Of a stretch of 64,000 bases of DNA, positions 62,972 through 64,000 are shown piece after piece. Position numbers and translations under genes: made by a program. The stretch is taken from assembly GCF_030013595.1 (NCBI RefSeq), contig NZ_CP122768.1. One strand, written 5' to 3'. Position 1 is the first letter of the stretch; the number at the start of each line of letters is the position of its first letter. This stretch comes from Escherichia coli (lineage in GTDB: Bacteria > Pseudomonadota > Gammaproteobacteria > Enterobacterales > Enterobacteriaceae). The notes under the pieces were generated by a model. That model did no database searches, was not told where the DNA came from, and saw only the letters and a program-made list of their open reading frames with translations.

Positions 62972-63128
62972 AGCTTCAGCCCCTTGTATCCGTTAAATGA
63001 TTCGGCAACAATCATCACCCACCACGCGCGTAATCTCACCCCTGCGCCGTTCTCCCGACCCAGCGACAACAAAAAGCAGTAACCCCCTCCGCACGCACAT
63101 GCGACCATGCCGCACAGGGAGGGAACAG
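62972..63128. promoter_or_regulatory. divergent promoter region between sheath gene FI and D
   Basis: 157-bp interval between divergent FI and D starts; must carry promoters for both. Confidence 0.4.
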
Positions 63129-64000
63129 ATGACCGACACCACCATGCAATTGCTCAGTCAGGGCACAGACCCCGTGAAAATGCCGGATTTTGATATTCTT
63201 GCGGAGGGTAAAACGCTGTCAGGCGTGGCAGAGCGCCTGATGAGCCTGTCACTGACCGACAACCGGGGATTTGAGGCGGACCAGCTCACCATCACGCTGG
63301 ATGATGCGGATGGTCAGTTGCAGCTACCGCCACGGGGCGCGCGCCTGACGGTTCTCATTGGCTGGAAAGGAGAACCGCTGACAGAAAAAGGCACTTACAT
63401 TGTTGATGAAATCGCTCACGAAGGACCGCCGGACAGGCTGACAGTTTCAGCCAGAAGCGCAGATTTTCGGGATGAATTTAACGTTAAACGTGAGGTGTCC
63501 TGGCATGATGTGACCGTTGAGCGTGTGGTATCCGCCATCGCTCATCGGTATGGTCTGAAATCGCAAATCAGCGAAATGCTGATGGATATTGAAATCGACC
63601 ACGCCGACCAGACCGAAGAAAGCGACATGTCCTTCCTTACGCGCATGGCGGAAATGCTGGGCGCAATCACTACGGTAAAAAGCGGTAATCTGTTATTCAT
63701 TATGCCAGGCGGTGGCGTGAACGCGCAGGGCCAGCCGTTGCCCTCGTTCGCCATCACACGCAGCAGCGGCGATCGCCATCAGTTCCGCATTGCTGACCGA
63801 GAGGCGTATACGGGGGTACGCGCTTACTGGCTTGATCTTAATTACGGGAAAAAGAAAAAAGTCAGCGTGAAACGCCGTAAACCGCCAAAACCCAAAAAGG
63901 AGAAAAGCAGCAGCCGTGAAGGTGATTATATGGAAGGCGCGGAAGGCAATGTGTTTGTGTTACGCAAGACTTATCAGAACGAGCAGGCAGCAAGACGCGC
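63129..64000 (+). CDS. D: tail protein D (P2 gpD family), 5' 290 codons; runs off window end
   Basis: ATG 63129 after GGGAGGG; open to the end of the window; starts MTDTTMQLLSQGTDPVKMPDFDILAEGKTLSGVAERLMSLSLTDNRGFEADQLTITLDD, the gpD/late-control D pattern. Confidence 0.85.
   Translation, partial: MTDTTMQLLSQGTDPVKMPDFDILAEGKTLSGVAERLMSLSLTDNRGFEADQLTITLDDADGQLQLPPRGARLTVLIGWKGEPLTEKGTYIVDEIAHEGPPDRLTVSARSADFRDEFNVKREVSWHDVTVERVVSAIAHRYGLKSQISEMLMDIEIDHADQTEESDMSFLTRMAEMLGAITTVKSGNLLFIMPGGGVNAQGQPLPSFAITRSSGDRHQFRIADREAYTGVRAYWLDLNYGKKKKVSVKRRKPPKPKKEKSSSREGDYMEGAEGNVFVLRKTYQNEQAARR

Larger units (their letters stand above)
32900..64000. mobile_element. P2/186-like prophage (integrase through tail gene D; continues beyond window end)
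   Basis: P2-type integrase, C repressor, cox, replication gene A, Q P O N M L X, lysis cassette, R S V W J I H G, FI FII E T U and D all present; left boundary approximate. Confidence 0.85.

Overview
The window is E. coli-type chromosome. Positions 1..8731 carry the 3' part of the app operon (appA 5' end, appX, appB, appC) and the complete hydrogenase-1 operon hyaABCDEF, all on the minus strand, followed by the tRNA-Ser(UGA) gene serT (9158..9245). The remaining ~55 kb is prophage DNA made of two distinct phage genomes in series. (i) A lambda-like late region runs from cos (32448..32459) down to tfa (9694) on the minus strand, collinear with lambda (Nu1-A-W-B-C-D-E-FI-FII-Z-U-V-G-T-H-M-L-K-I-J-lom-stf-tfa); its terminase gene A carries an in-frame amber codon. 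(ii) A P2/186-like prophage begins about 0.5 kb beyond lambda cos: integrase, C repressor, cox, replication gene A, then Q P / O N M L X lysis R S V W J I H G / tail module / D, running off the window end. The most interesting regions are: a four-gene accessory island in the P2 A-to-cos variable hotspot (ParM/StbA-like actin ATPase, ParR-like protein, a ClpX zinc-binding-domain mimic and a translationally coupled 112-aa protein; 40483..42489); a two-gene cargo translationally coupled to the P2-like integrase (33009..33808); and an in-place inversion of the P2 tail sheath-tube-E-T-U module. No rRNA, CRISPR array or IS element was seen. All calls are from reading the sequence and ORF translations against remembered protein families; no database search was run.
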